Assembly: GCA_903911145.1 (NCBI GenBank)
Contig: CAIWCD010000002.1
Location: forward strand, 1 to 64,000
Reading direction: 5' to 3'
Length of the DNA stretch: 64,000 bases
From: an uncultured delta proteobacterium
GTDB lineage: Bacteria; Myxococcota; Myxococcia; Myxococcales; 40CM-4-68-19
In this document: positions 40,148-50,041 of the stretch, piece after piece
Layout of the letters: each line of letters begins with the position of its first letter
Numbering within the stretch: the stretch's first letter is position 1
Program-made: the position numbers and the translations under genes
The notes under the pieces: model-generated
Databases searched by the model: none
What the model was told of the DNA's origin: nothing
The model's input: only the letters and a program-made list of their open reading frames with translations

Positions 40148-43100
40148 TTGACGAGCTCCTCGTAGTAGCCGCGCACCTTCTCGCGGAAGCTCTGCGGCGC
40201 CGGCTGTTTCATCGCATCGAGCAGCTTCTTGCGGAACTCCTGCGGCCCGCGCGACGACTCGGCGTCGGGGATCTCGACGTGCTCCTGCTTCTGCTGCTCG
40301 CCGTCACCTTCCTCGTCTCCGCCCTCGCCGCTGCCCTGGCCTGACCCGCTCGGCTCGCCCCACGGCATCGGCATCCCTGCGCCGCTGCCCGAGCCGTTCT
40401 TCGCCATCTCCTTCATCGCCTCCTGGAACTTGCCGAGCTTGTCGAGCGCCTCGCTCTCGGCCCCTTCCGCGCCGCGCGGCTGCTTCTGGCCAAGCTTTTC
40501 GCTCGCCTGCTCCATCGCGCCCTGCGCCTGCTCGAGCATCTGCTCGTGCTGCGGCGAGAAGATCGGCACCTTCTTGCCCACTTCGCTCATCTGCTGCCGC
40601 ACGCCCTTCATCCCCTGCGCGATCTCCTTCTGCTCCGCCTCCTGCGACTGCATCTCGGCGCGCTGCTCGGGCGAGGCGAGCGACTGCTCGTCGGGCATCG
40701 CGCTCTTGAGCGCCTGCGTGACGTCGCGCAGCGGCCCGTTCGCGCCAGCCGCGGCCTCGAGCGATTTGCGCACCTCGACGGGCTGCCCGAACTGCCGCAA
40801 CTGATCCTCGACGTTGAGCCGCCCCTGCAGCATCTCGGCGGCATGCTCGGCCTTGCTGCTCTGCTCGAGCGCCTCCTGGTAGTCGCCCGCCTTGAGCGCG
40901 CGCTCGAGATCGGCGACGCGCTCCTGCGCAGCATCGAGCGTGTCGTCGAGCCCGAGCAGGCTCGAGATGTGCGGATCGATCTTCGCGACCTGCTTCTTCG
41001 CCTCTGCGACCTTCTCGACGAGCTTCTGCGCGAGCTGCTTGCCGCCGTTCTCCTCGAACCGCTTCTTCGCCTCGCCGCGCAGCTCCTTGCGCAGCCTGCC
41101 TGTGCGCTTCTCGAGCTCCTGCTCGCGCGACTCAAGCTGCGCGAGTTTCTGCGCCGCGCCTTTGAGCTCCTTCGCCTCCTCGGCGTACTTCTCGGCTCCG
41201 CTCTCCTCCGCCTGTTTCGCCAGCGCCTTCTCGAGCTGATCAAGATTCTTCGACATGTTGTCGAGCTCTTTGAGCGCGCCGTCGACATCCCCCGACTGCA
41301 GCTTCTTCTGCACGTCGGCGAGCTGCGCGAGCGCGTCGTCCTCTTTGTCCGCCGACTTCATCGCGTCTTCGTTGAGGTGCTCGTCGTTGATGCTCTTCGA
41401 CATCTCCGCCATGCGCTTCATCAGCTCCGTGACGCGCTCGCGCAGCCGCTGCACCTCGGCGAGCACCTGCTTCTTGGTGGCCTCATCGGGCGCGTTGCGC
41501 AGCTTCTCGGCGAGCCGCTTCAACTCCTCGCGGCTGCGCTTCATCTCGCGCTGCAGCTCTTGCAGGTCGTCGATGCGCGCCTGGTCGAGCAGGTCGTCGA
41601 GATAGAGGATGTCCTTCTCCTCCTCGCGGATTTCCGTCTCGAGCGCGTGCGTGAGCTGCTTCTGCGCGCCAGCCAGAGCCGCGCCTGGCGTCGCGAACGG
41701 CGCGCGCGCCATGATGGTGCGCTGGAGCAGCGGCGAGAGACTTGTCGCGATGTTCTTCAGGGCCCGCCCGAGCGCGCGCGGGGCGAGCTTGTCCTTCGCC
41801 AGCTCATCTCCCGCCTTGCGCAGTTCTGCGGTGAGCTGCAGTCCGTGAGCGTCGCGGCTTTGCGCCTCGGAAAACTTGAAAGCGGGATGGACCTGCTCGT
41901 CGATCCGCTCGCTGGTGAGCAGAACGAGCCGCTCCCAGAGCGCCTGCGCGCGCGCGATGCCCTCCTTGTGATGCTCCGCGGCCGAGAAGACCTTGAGCGA
42001 ATGGATCGCCGAGCTTCCCTTCTGCGGTCCGTCGATTGCGTCCTGATCGTACACTTCGACACGAAATGTCACATTGTCACCCTCGCGCAGCGCGAGGCTC
42101 GACATCTCCCAAGCATACGTCCCGTTCAGGCGGCGCGCGGAAGCGCTGCTCGTGGGCGCGGCCAGCTCGACGCGCTGCTCCGCGTCGCCCGCGCGCTGGT
42201 AGACGAGCGCGACCTTGCCGATGCCGTAGTCGTCCTGCGCCGACCAGACGATCGGCAGCTTGCCCGCAGGATCGACCTCGGTCTCGCTCTTGTGCGGATC
42301 CACGATCGTTGCCTGTGGCGGCTGATCGGCGACGACCTCGATCGAGCGATCCGGACCTTCCACGACGGGCCGGCCCTTCTTGTCGGCGAAGCGAAAGCGC
42401 CAGTGGCCGGGCTTGCTCAGAGTGAAATTTCCCGAGAGGAGACGATTGCCCGCGCCGCTTGCCTCGAGCTTCACGGGCGTGCCGTCGATCACCGCGAAGG
42501 CCTGCGCCACATCGCGATCGGCCCGCGCGGTCAGTTTGATCTCGGTGCCCTTCGGGCCGCGCAGATCGCCGGGCGTGCCCTCTTCAACGCGCGCGGGAAG
42601 GTTCGTGTAGGCGGGATAGAGATAGGTGACCGAGAGATCGCCGACGATCGGTTCGAGATCGGGCGCGGGAGTCGCCGCCTCGCCGAGCCAGAGTCGCGAC
42701 AGGCCCAATCGCAACGGCTGCGGCGCGGCGAGCGCGAAGAGTCCCGCGGCGGCGAGCGTCCCGATCAGGCCCAGTGCGGGTGCGCGCAGATTGCTCGACG
42801 GCAGCGCAAGCCGCAGGTCGATCGCGCGAGCCGTACGCGCGGCGCGCTGGTGGAGCAGCGCAAGCAGCGCGCCCGAAGAGCCCGGTGGCGGCGCCTGATC
42901 GATCTCGATCGACGAAAGCAGCTCCGAGCCATACGAGCCTGCGTGCGGACTGTGTGCGATCAGCAGGCGGCCGAGCGCATTCCGGTCGCTCCGCGATGCG
43001 CGGGACAAGAGGCTCCGCCTCGACGCGAAGAGCAGCGACAGCGGAATCGCGAACGCCAGCAGCGCGGCAAGCACGCGGCCGGGAAGCGGACCTGTGCGCG

Positions 43101-43356
43101 CCGCGAGCCCTGCCCCAAAGAGGAGCGCCGCGACGAGCGACGCAGCGAGCACGAGGAGCCGCTGGCCCAACAGGAGCCTCCGCGCGCGCGTTTGGGCGAG
43201 CGTCAACCAGCGCGACAGATCGGCCCGCGCCGCGGCACCGGCGCTCTCGAGTTCGGCCAGCGAACCGGGCGGCGCGGACGTGGGCGTCCCTGCATCGCCC
43301 GCGGGCGGCACAGGCGCGAGCGCGCCGAACGGATCTGTCGCCAGGGGGGTCGCCAT
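40144..43356 (-). CDS. DUF4175-like membrane-anchored coiled-coil protein
   Basis: N-terminal TM helices, YPAYT, D.PP, AQDDYGI, long Q/E/K coiled coil, C-terminal V..YYEELVK. Confidence 0.8.
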   Translation of the reverse strand: MATPLATDPFGALAPVPPAGDAGTPTSAPPGSLAELESAGAAARADLSRWLTLAQTRARRLLLGQRLLVLAASLVAALLFGAGLAARTGPLPGRVLAALLAFAIPLSLLFASRRSLLSRASRSDRNALGRLLIAHSPHAGSYGSELLSSIEIDQAPPPGSSGALLALLHQRAARTARAIDLRLALPSSNLRAPALGLIGTLAAAGLFALAAPQPLRLGLSRLWLGEAATPAPDLEPIVGDLSVTYLYPAYTNLPARVEEGTPGDLRGPKGTEIKLTARADRDVAQAFAVIDGTPVKLEASGAGNRLLSGNFTLSKPGHWRFRFADKKGRPVVEGPDRSIEVVADQPPQATIVDPHKSETEVDPAGKLPIVWSAQDDYGIGKVALVYQRAGDAEQRVELAAPTSSASARRLNGTYAWEMSSLALREGDNVTFRVEVYDQDAIDGPQKGSSAIHSLKVFSAAEHHKEGIARAQALWERLVLLTSERIDEQVHPAFKFSEAQSRDAHGLQLTAELRKAGDELAKDKLAPRALGRALKNIATSLSPLLQRTIMARAPFATPGAALAGAQKQLTHALETEIREEEKDILYLDDLLDQARIDDLQELQREMKRSREELKRLAEKLRNAPDEATKKQVLAEVQRLRERVTELMKRMAEMSKSINDEHLNEDAMKSADKEDDALAQLADVQKKLQSGDVDGALKELDNMSKNLDQLEKALAKQAEESGAEKYAEEAKELKGAAQKLAQLESREQELEKRTGRLRKELRGEAKKRFEENGGKQLAQKLVEKVAEAKKQVAKIDPHISSLLGLDDTLDAAQERVADLERALKAGDYQEALEQSSKAEHAAEMLQGRLNVEDQLRQFGQPVEVRKSLEAAAGANGPLRDVTQALKSAMPDEQSLASPEQRAEMQSQEAEQKEIAQGMKGVRQQMSEVGKKVPIFSPQHEQMLEQAQGAMEQASEKLGQKQPRGAEGAESEALDKLGKFQEAMKEMAKNGSGSGAGMPMPWGEPSGSGQGSGEGGDEEGDGEQQKQEHVEIPDAESSRGPQEFRKKLLDAMKQPAPQSFREKVRGYYEELVK

Positions 43357-43498
43357 GCTGCCGGTTGTATCCAACGCGCGCGCTCTCTGCGCGAGCACGA
43401 TTTCGATCTTTCTGCACCGCGGACAAGGGCGTGCGCTTGATCGACAATCGGCAGCCTCATTCCATTCCCGACGCTCTTGCGCGAAAGATGCACGCTCC

Positions 43499-43915
43499 AT
43501 GCAACCGCCTCGTCCCCCGTCGCCGCCCGCACCGCCAGCGCCACCGGCATCACCGCGCCCGCCTCCCGCATTGACGCGGTTCCACGCGCTCTCCGACGAT
43601 GCGCTGCTGGCCCAGTGCGAGGTGCAGGTTCACCGCGCAGGCGGCCCTGGCGGGCAGCATCGCAACAAGACCGAGACGGCGATTCGACTGGTGCATCTGC
43701 CGACGGGAGTCACGGCAGAGGGAAAAGATCAGCGCAGCCGCACCCAGAATCTCTCCGCCGCGCTCGGGCGGATTCGCGAAAAGCTCGAGGTGCGCGAGCG
43801 TCCACGCAAGAAGCGGCGACCGACGAAACCGACCCGTGGTGCCAAGGAGCGACGGCTCGGTGAGAAGAAGATCCGCTCGGAGCGAAAAGCGTCGCGACGG
43901 GGCCGGGACGAGTGA
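43499..43915 (+). CDS. Peptidyl-tRNA hydrolase of the RF-1 domain family (ArfB-like ribosome rescue factor)
   Basis: RAGGPGGQHRNKTETAIRLVHLPTG and the basic tail RRPTKPTRGAKERRL..KK.RS..K..R. Confidence 0.85.
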   Translation: MQPPRPPSPPAPPAPPASPRPPPALTRFHALSDDALLAQCEVQVHRAGGPGGQHRNKTETAIRLVHLPTGVTAEGKDQRSRTQNLSAALGRIREKLEVRERPRKKRRPTKPTRGAKERRLGEKKIRSERKASRRGRDE

Positions 43916-44811
43916 CGCGCCGGGCGCGCTGGGCCGCACTGGGCGCGGCCCTCCTCTGTTTCGTCGCGGGGCATCTCTCTGCGCCCGCACGCGCCAACGA
44001 GCCTGCACCAGCGGCCGCAAGCGATGCGCAGGCGAGGGAAGAGCGCTTCCTCTATCTGCTGCGAACGTATCCAGAGCGAAGGCCCGACGCCACGCTCGGC
44101 GAGACAGCGAAGCTCGTCGAGCAAGGTCCCTTCGCGGAGCGGGATCGGGCGATCTACTGGATCGGCAGCGCGCGTCTCGCGCTCGGTGATCGCGACGCGG
44201 CGCGCGTCTGGTTCGCGCGGTTGGCGCGCGAAGCGCCCGACTCCGTCTGGGTGCAACGAAGCTACCTCGGCCTCGCGGAGGCCGCCGCGATGGAGCGACG
44301 CTTCGATGAGTCGCTGCGCTGGTACTCGCGCGCCGATCTCTCGAGCGACGCGACCGTGCGCGAGCGCGCACGAATCTCCCGCCCCCAGATCCTCACGCTG
44401 CAGCACCGCCAGTGGTTCGCCTGGCTCTGCGCGGGCCTGCTCCTCGCGACCAGCCTCGCGCTCATCGTCGCGATCTGGCGCTCCGCGCGTCCATCAGAAC
44501 GTGCGCGCGCGTTCCTCCCCCCGACCGAGTTGCGCATTCTCGCGCCGCTGCTCGCAATCCTCGCTCTCTGTGCGCTGCGGCAGGAGGCAGCCCCGCGCGC
44601 AGCGACGCTCGAACTCTGCCTCTTCGGCGGCGGCCTCACCTGGCTGAGCGGGTCCTATCTGGGCACGCGAATCGTGGCGCGCACGCTGCCTCGACGCATC
44701 AACTACGCCCTGCTCGCGCTGCTCGTTCTCGCCTGCGCGAGTTACTTCGCCATCTGGCGCAACGATCTGGTCGGAATGGTCATGGAGACCTGGCGAGCCG
44801 GACCGGATTAA
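43912..44811 (+). CDS. TPR-like membrane protein
   Basis: Signal peptide, TPR-like helices, four C-terminal hydrophobic segments; GTGA overlap with the upstream stop. Confidence 0.7.
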   Translation: MTRRARWAALGAALLCFVAGHLSAPARANEPAPAAASDAQAREERFLYLLRTYPERRPDATLGETAKLVEQGPFAERDRAIYWIGSARLALGDRDAARVWFARLAREAPDSVWVQRSYLGLAEAAAMERRFDESLRWYSRADLSSDATVRERARISRPQILTLQHRQWFAWLCAGLLLATSLALIVAIWRSARPSERARAFLPPTELRILAPLLAILALCALRQEAAPRAATLELCLFGGGLTWLSGSYLGTRIVARTLPRRINYALLALLVLACASYFAIWRNDLVGMVMETWRAGPD

Positions 44812-44830
44812 CCCGTTCGTGCGGGTTTTT
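44810..44830 (+). terminator. Rho-independent terminator
   Basis: AACCCG-TTCGTG-CGGGTT followed by TTT. Confidence 0.55.
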
Positions 44831-44877
44831 AATGAATGACGCTGGCGTGGGTGAATCAACCAGATCGAAATCAGAGT

Positions 44878-45393
44878 TTAAACACCGCCGCGCGCCCCGT
44901 TGAGCTTCTCCTGCTCAACGTCGCTCGCGATCACCTCCTGCGCACGAGCCGCCCGCCACGTCCGCAGCCTCTCACGAAGCGCCGCATCACCGTTGGCGAC
45001 GATCTGCATCGCCAGCAGCGCGGCATTCGCTGCGCCTGGCTTTCCGATCGCCAGCGTCCCGACAGGAACTCCTTTCGGCATCTGCACGATCGAGAGAAGC
45101 GCATCGACTCCATTGAGCACCGTAACCGCCACAGGCACGCCCAGCACCGGCACCAGCGTCGCCGCTGCAATCATCCCCGGCAGATGAGCCGCGCCGCCAG
45201 CGGCCGCGACGATCGCCTTTAATCCCCGCGACTCGGCGTGGGCCGCATAATCGAGCGCGCGCGCGGGCGTGCGGTGCACAGAGAGGATGCGCACCTCGTG
45301 CGCAACACCAAGCTCCGCGAGCAGATCCAGCGCGGGCTGCAGCGTCTCGAGGTCGCTCTTGCTGCCCATGACGACGCCGATGAGCGGTGCCAT
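44878..45393 (-). CDS. purE: N5-CAIR mutase
   Basis: VMGSKSD, SVHRTP, AGGAAHLPGM, LLSIVQMPKGVPVGT; AAGGAG RBS. Confidence 0.96.
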   Translation of the reverse strand: MAPLIGVVMGSKSDLETLQPALDLLAELGVAHEVRILSVHRTPARALDYAAHAESRGLKAIVAAAGGAAHLPGMIAAATLVPVLGVPVAVTVLNGVDALLSIVQMPKGVPVGTLAIGKPGAANAALLAMQIVANGDAALRERLRTWRAARAQEVIASDVEQEKLNGARGGV

Positions 45394-45512
45394 ATCAATC
45401 TCCTTGAATGCGTTGCGGCTCGATGCGCGGGCGTTATCGCACGGGAGCAATCATCGGGATATTTGATTGATTGGGTTGACCGCGCCGCGCATCCGGCGAC
45501 ACCATCGCTGCC

Positions 45513-46418
45513 GTGCCCGATACCTCCACTGACCTTGATATCCGCGGAATCAGAATCCGCGCCCGACAGAGCGGCCCGCAAGGCGCGCCCGCCTGCGTTC
45601 TCCTCCACGGCTGGCTCGATACTGCGGCCTCGTTTGACCGACTCGCGCCGCTGCTCCACGCGACCGGCCTGCGCACAATTGCGCTCGATGCGCGCGGCCA
45701 CGGCGATTCTGCCTGGGTCGGCGCCGGCGGCTTCTATCATTTCGTCGAATATATCGCCGACCTCGATGCGGCCCTCGACGCGCTCTCGCTTGCGCCGCCG
45801 GTTGGTGAGCACGGGCGCGTGCATGCTCCGGTGCGCCTCGTCGGCCACTCGATGGGCGCGTCGATTGCGCTGCTCTATGCCGCCACCCGCCCTGGCCGCG
45901 TCTCGCATCTCACTCTTCTCGATGGGCTGCCCATGCTGGTGCGGCCCAGCGAAGTCCCGGGCCGCGTCGTCGAATATCTCGATGATCTGAAATCAATGTC
46001 CCGCCAGCGCAAGCTGGTCGCATCGTTCGACGACGGGGCCGCACGACTGCGCAAGACCAACCCGTTTCTCCGCGAGGATGCATCAATGGAACTCGCCCGC
46101 GCAGGGATATCCGCCGACGCGACGCAGAACAATCAATTGGCCTGGAAATGGGACCCCTGGCTGCGCGCCCATTCGCCGCTGCCATTTACCGAGGATATCT
46201 TCCGCGAGCTGTTACCGATGATTCATACGCCGACGCTGATCCTGCGTGCCGCAAAGACCTGGCTCCCCGATGAACAGGAGCTGCGCGAGCGGCTTGCGGG
46301 AATCAACGCCGCATTAACCATTGATACCATCGTGGATACCAGCCACCACCTGCATATCGAATCCCCCGGGGAGGTATCGCGACATATCCTCGCCGCCTGG
46401 AAGTCAGCGGGGCTTTAA
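45513..46418 (+). CDS. Alpha/beta fold hydrolase
   Basis: LHGWLD, DARGHGDS, GHSMG, SHHLH. Confidence 0.9.
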   Translation: MPDTSTDLDIRGIRIRARQSGPQGAPACVLLHGWLDTAASFDRLAPLLHATGLRTIALDARGHGDSAWVGAGGFYHFVEYIADLDAALDALSLAPPVGEHGRVHAPVRLVGHSMGASIALLYAATRPGRVSHLTLLDGLPMLVRPSEVPGRVVEYLDDLKSMSRQRKLVASFDDGAARLRKTNPFLREDASMELARAGISADATQNNQLAWKWDPWLRAHSPLPFTEDIFRELLPMIHTPTLILRAAKTWLPDEQELRERLAGINAALTIDTIVDTSHHLHIESPGEVSRHILAAWKSAGL

Positions 46419-46485
46419 TCCTCCGTCCGGTCAATCCGGCTGATTGGGACGAGAGGCGCTCGGAGGAGGCGGGGAGCGGCGTCCT

Positions 46486-49400
46486 TTAGCTTAATCGCGC
46501 CGTCGCACTCCGAATCGCATAATAAGACGCCTCCGGATGCTGCACGACCACCGCGCTGGTGCTCTGCTCCGGCACCATCTGATGCGCCTCGGTCAATGTG
46601 ACGCCGATGCGCGCGCCGTCGAGGAGCTTGAAGACCCCCTCCTGGTCAGCCAGTTCCGGCCACGCCGGATATCCCGCGCTATACCGCTTGCCCTGATCGG
46701 GAATAATGCCCAGCTCGTTGCGAACGCGCCGGTGCCAATACTCCGCGAGCGCCTCTGCGGTCTCGACTGCGAGCCCGTGGAGGAAGTAGCTGCGCGAGAA
46801 CTCTCCGGCCTGCTCCCACTCGGCGCACAACTCGGTCGCGCGCGAGCCGACGGTCACGATCTGGAACGCGACCACGTCGTCTTCCCGGAAGTAATCAGCG
46901 AGGCAATAGCGCGGAGACTCGAGCTTGCGGGGGAACTTGAAGGTCCAGAGCACGCGCCGCTTCTCGGGCGGCAGGTCGGCGTCGAGCGGTTCGTGAATGA
47001 CTAAATCGTTCCCGCGCGCGCTGCAGGGGAAATAGCCATAGACGACCTTCGGGGTTAACCAGCCATTGGCGATGCACTCTTCCTGCAGCTCGCGCCGTTT
47101 CGCCCCGAACTCATCCGCGATCATCTTCTGGTACTGCTCGCGCGTCTTTGCCCGCACGCCCCATTGCAGCTTGTAGAGCTCGGTTAAATCCAGGCAATCG
47201 AAGATATCGCGCAGCACGAGATCCTGCGGCTCGACAACCTGCGTTCCCCAGAACGGCGGGCGCACAACCGGGGGAGCCGCAACCGGGCGCTCCATCACGT
47301 CGGTCGTTGCGACCAGTGTCTCGAGCTGGTTCTCATTGCCCGCGGCGATTAGATTTCGGTGCATATGGGCCTCGCGGCGCACCTTCTCGCGCAGCTTCTC
47401 CCGCCCCGTTTCGTCGCAGAGCGATTGAATCAGCTCGAGCCCTTCGAATGCATCGCGGGCATAGTAGACGCCGCCTTCATACAGACGATCGGTGCCCTCG
47501 AGATAGGCATTGCGCCAGCCAAACTTCCGGTTGATTGCCGCGCCGCCGATCAGCACGGGGATTTTTAATCCGCGGCGATCCAGTTCCTGCACCACCAGCG
47601 GCATCTGCTTGCTGGTTGAAACCAGCAGCGCGGAGAGCCCGATGATATTCGCGCCCTCCCTCACAGCGGCGTCGACGATCTTATCGACCGGCACCTGCTT
47701 GCCGAGATCAATGACCGTGAAGCCGTTGTTCGAGAGGATCGTCTTGACGAGATTCTTGCCGATGTCGTGCACGTCACCGAACACAGTCGCGAGCACGACC
47801 TTGCCGCGCGAATAGCTGTCGCTCTTCTCCATGAACTGCTCGAGATAAGCGACGGCCTTCTTCATGACCTCCGCGCTCTGGAGAACGAACGGGAGAATCA
47901 GCTCGCCCGCGCCGAAGCGATCGCCGACCTCTTTCATTGCCCCCAATAAGACGTCATTAATCACGCCGACTGCGCTGCGCGTCTTCAGGCAGGCGTCGAT
48001 CGCCTCGACGAGGTTCTTCTGCTGCCGGTCGACGATCATGTGATGCAGCCGCGCCTCGGGCGTGGCGTGAACGATCTCCTCTTTCGCCTGCGCGCGCGCA
48101 GGCCCCGCGGCCCCTTCGAAATGCTGGATGAGTTTGCTTAATGCATCCTCGCTGCGCGCAAGCACGAGATCCTCGGCGAGCGTGCGCACCGCCTCGGGGA
48201 TCTCGCTCCACGGCAGGATATGCGCGGGATGGATGATCGCGGCATCGAGTCCTGCGCGCAGGCAGTGGGTTAAAAACACCGAGTTGATGACTGGGCGCGC
48301 CGCTTTCGAGAGGCCGAAACTGACATTGGAAACGCCGAGAACGGTTAATGCCCCGGGGCACTCCTTTTTAATCGCGGCAATCCCCTCGATCGTATCAAGC
48401 GCCGAGCGACGATACTGCTCCTCGCCCGTCGCCAGAGTGAATGTCAGCGCGTCGAACATCAATTGATGCGGCGCAAGGCCATCGGCGATAGCGCGATCAT
48501 AGATGCGCTTGGCAACCTCGAGCTTGCGGGCCGCGGTTAATGCCATTCCCTGCTCATCGATGGTCATCGCCACTGTGACGGCGCCATATCGTTTTAATAA
48601 GGGGAATATCTGGTCGATGCGGTCCCAGCCGCGCTCGAGATGGACGCTGTTGACGATGCCGATGCCGGGCATCCACTCGAGAGCGGCCGCGACGACGTCG
48701 GCCTCCGTCGTGTCGATGCAGAGCGGCGCCTCGATCTGGCCGGAGAGCTGGCGCACCGTCTTGACCATCGTCGCGAGTTCGTCGGCCCGCTCGGTGAGCG
48801 CGACGCAGATATCAAGTGCGTGCGAGCCGCTCTCCACCTGATCGCGCGCGATCGCGAGCACGCCGGCGTCGTCGTTGGAGAGCAGCAGCTCCTTCATCTT
48901 CTTGCTGCCTTGCGAATTGACCCGCTCGCCGATCACCAGCGGGCGCGGCTCCTGGTGCAGCGGAGTCGCAGCCAGCCCGCTCGAGAGCATCGGCACTCGA
49001 TGAGGAGGCGCGCGCACAGGGCCCAATGAGCGGACGGCTGCGATGACTTCGCGCAGATGCTCGGGCGTCGTCCCGCAGCATCCGCCGACGACGCTGACGC
49101 GGAAATCGCGCACGAAGCGGGCGAGCGCCTCGGCGAGCTCGCTGGGCGTGAGCGGATAGAAGGCCTGGCCTTCGCGGTTCTCGGGGATGCCCGCGTTGGG
49201 CTGGCAGGAGAGCGGCAGCGGCGCGTGTTCGCTCATCGCACGCAGCGCATCGACCATCTCGCGCGGACCCGTCGAGCAGTTCAGGCCCATCACGTCGGCG
49301 CCTGCCTGCACGATCACCGCGGCGGCCGCGAGCGGCTGCGTGCCGAGCAGCATGCGCCCGCTCGGGTCGAGCGTGATCTGCGCAATCAGGGGAATGCGGC

Positions 49401-49968
49401 GGCCCCGCTCGGCCATTGCGGATCGCGCGCCGTGCAGCTGCGCGCGCAACTCGAGCAGGTCCTGCGCGGTCTCGGCGAGGATGCAATCGACGCCGCCGTC
49501 GAGGAGGCCCAGCGTCTGCTCGTGGAAGATCTCGACGAGCGCCTGCGGACGCACGCGGCCGAGATCTGGATCGCTCGACGAGGGAAGGAAGCCCGATGGG
49601 CCGAGCGAGCCGGCGACATAGCGGGGACGACCGTCCACCTTCTCGGCTGCGACAGCCTCACGCCTGGCGATGCGGCCCGCCTCGGCGTTGAGCTCGAGCG
49701 TGCGCTCACCGAGCCCGTACTCCTCGAGCTTGGGCCGGTTGGCGCCGAAGGTGTTGGTCTCGACGACGTCGCAGCCGACCTCGAAGTAGCCGCGATGAAC
49801 GGACGCGACGACGTCGGGTCGAAAGAGGTTGAGGGCTTCGTTGCAGCCCTGGCGGCCGCCGAAATCCTGTGCGGTGAGATCGTGGCGCTGCAGCGTGGTG
49901 CCCATCGCGCCGTCGAAGATGATGATTCCGCGCTGCAGGGCTGAGAGAAACGAGTCGGGGCTGGACAT
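46486..49968 (-). CDS. metH: Cobalamin-dependent methionine synthase
   Basis: DGAMGT, GLNCSTGP, GGCCGTTP, IGERVN, GDVHDIGKNLV, PEQSTSA. Confidence 0.97.
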   Translation of the reverse strand: MSSPDSFLSALQRGIIIFDGAMGTTLQRHDLTAQDFGGRQGCNEALNLFRPDVVASVHRGYFEVGCDVVETNTFGANRPKLEEYGLGERTLELNAEAGRIARREAVAAEKVDGRPRYVAGSLGPSGFLPSSSDPDLGRVRPQALVEIFHEQTLGLLDGGVDCILAETAQDLLELRAQLHGARSAMAERGRRIPLIAQITLDPSGRMLLGTQPLAAAAVIVQAGADVMGLNCSTGPREMVDALRAMSEHAPLPLSCQPNAGIPENREGQAFYPLTPSELAEALARFVRDFRVSVVGGCCGTTPEHLREVIAAVRSLGPVRAPPHRVPMLSSGLAATPLHQEPRPLVIGERVNSQGSKKMKELLLSNDDAGVLAIARDQVESGSHALDICVALTERADELATMVKTVRQLSGQIEAPLCIDTTEADVVAAALEWMPGIGIVNSVHLERGWDRIDQIFPLLKRYGAVTVAMTIDEQGMALTAARKLEVAKRIYDRAIADGLAPHQLMFDALTFTLATGEEQYRRSALDTIEGIAAIKKECPGALTVLGVSNVSFGLSKAARPVINSVFLTHCLRAGLDAAIIHPAHILPWSEIPEAVRTLAEDLVLARSEDALSKLIQHFEGAAGPARAQAKEEIVHATPEARLHHMIVDRQQKNLVEAIDACLKTRSAVGVINDVLLGAMKEVGDRFGAGELILPFVLQSAEVMKKAVAYLEQFMEKSDSYSRGKVVLATVFGDVHDIGKNLVKTILSNNGFTVIDLGKQVPVDKIVDAAVREGANIIGLSALLVSTSKQMPLVVQELDRRGLKIPVLIGGAAINRKFGWRNAYLEGTDRLYEGGVYYARDAFEGLELIQSLCDETGREKLREKVRREAHMHRNLIAAGNENQLETLVATTDVMERPVAAPPVVRPPFWGTQVVEPQDLVLRDIFDCLDLTELYKLQWGVRAKTREQYQKMIADEFGAKRRELQEECIANGWLTPKVVYGYFPCSARGNDLVIHEPLDADLPPEKRRVLWTFKFPRKLESPRYCLADYFREDDVVAFQIVTVGSRATELCAEWEQAGEFSRSYFLHGLAVETAEALAEYWHRRVRNELGIIPDQGKRYSAGYPAWPELADQEGVFKLLDGARIGVTLTEAHQMVPEQSTSAVVVQHPEASYYAIRSATARLS

Positions 49969-50041
49969 GGGGCGCGCACCCTAGCATCGGCCGCGGCGTG
50001 GATAGAGTGAACAAGAGCTGCCTGCTAAGGTCCGCGCCGCT

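Noticed and set aside
44878..45393. purE without an adjacent purK
   Set aside because: Unlinked pur genes are common, and nothing can be concluded from one window.
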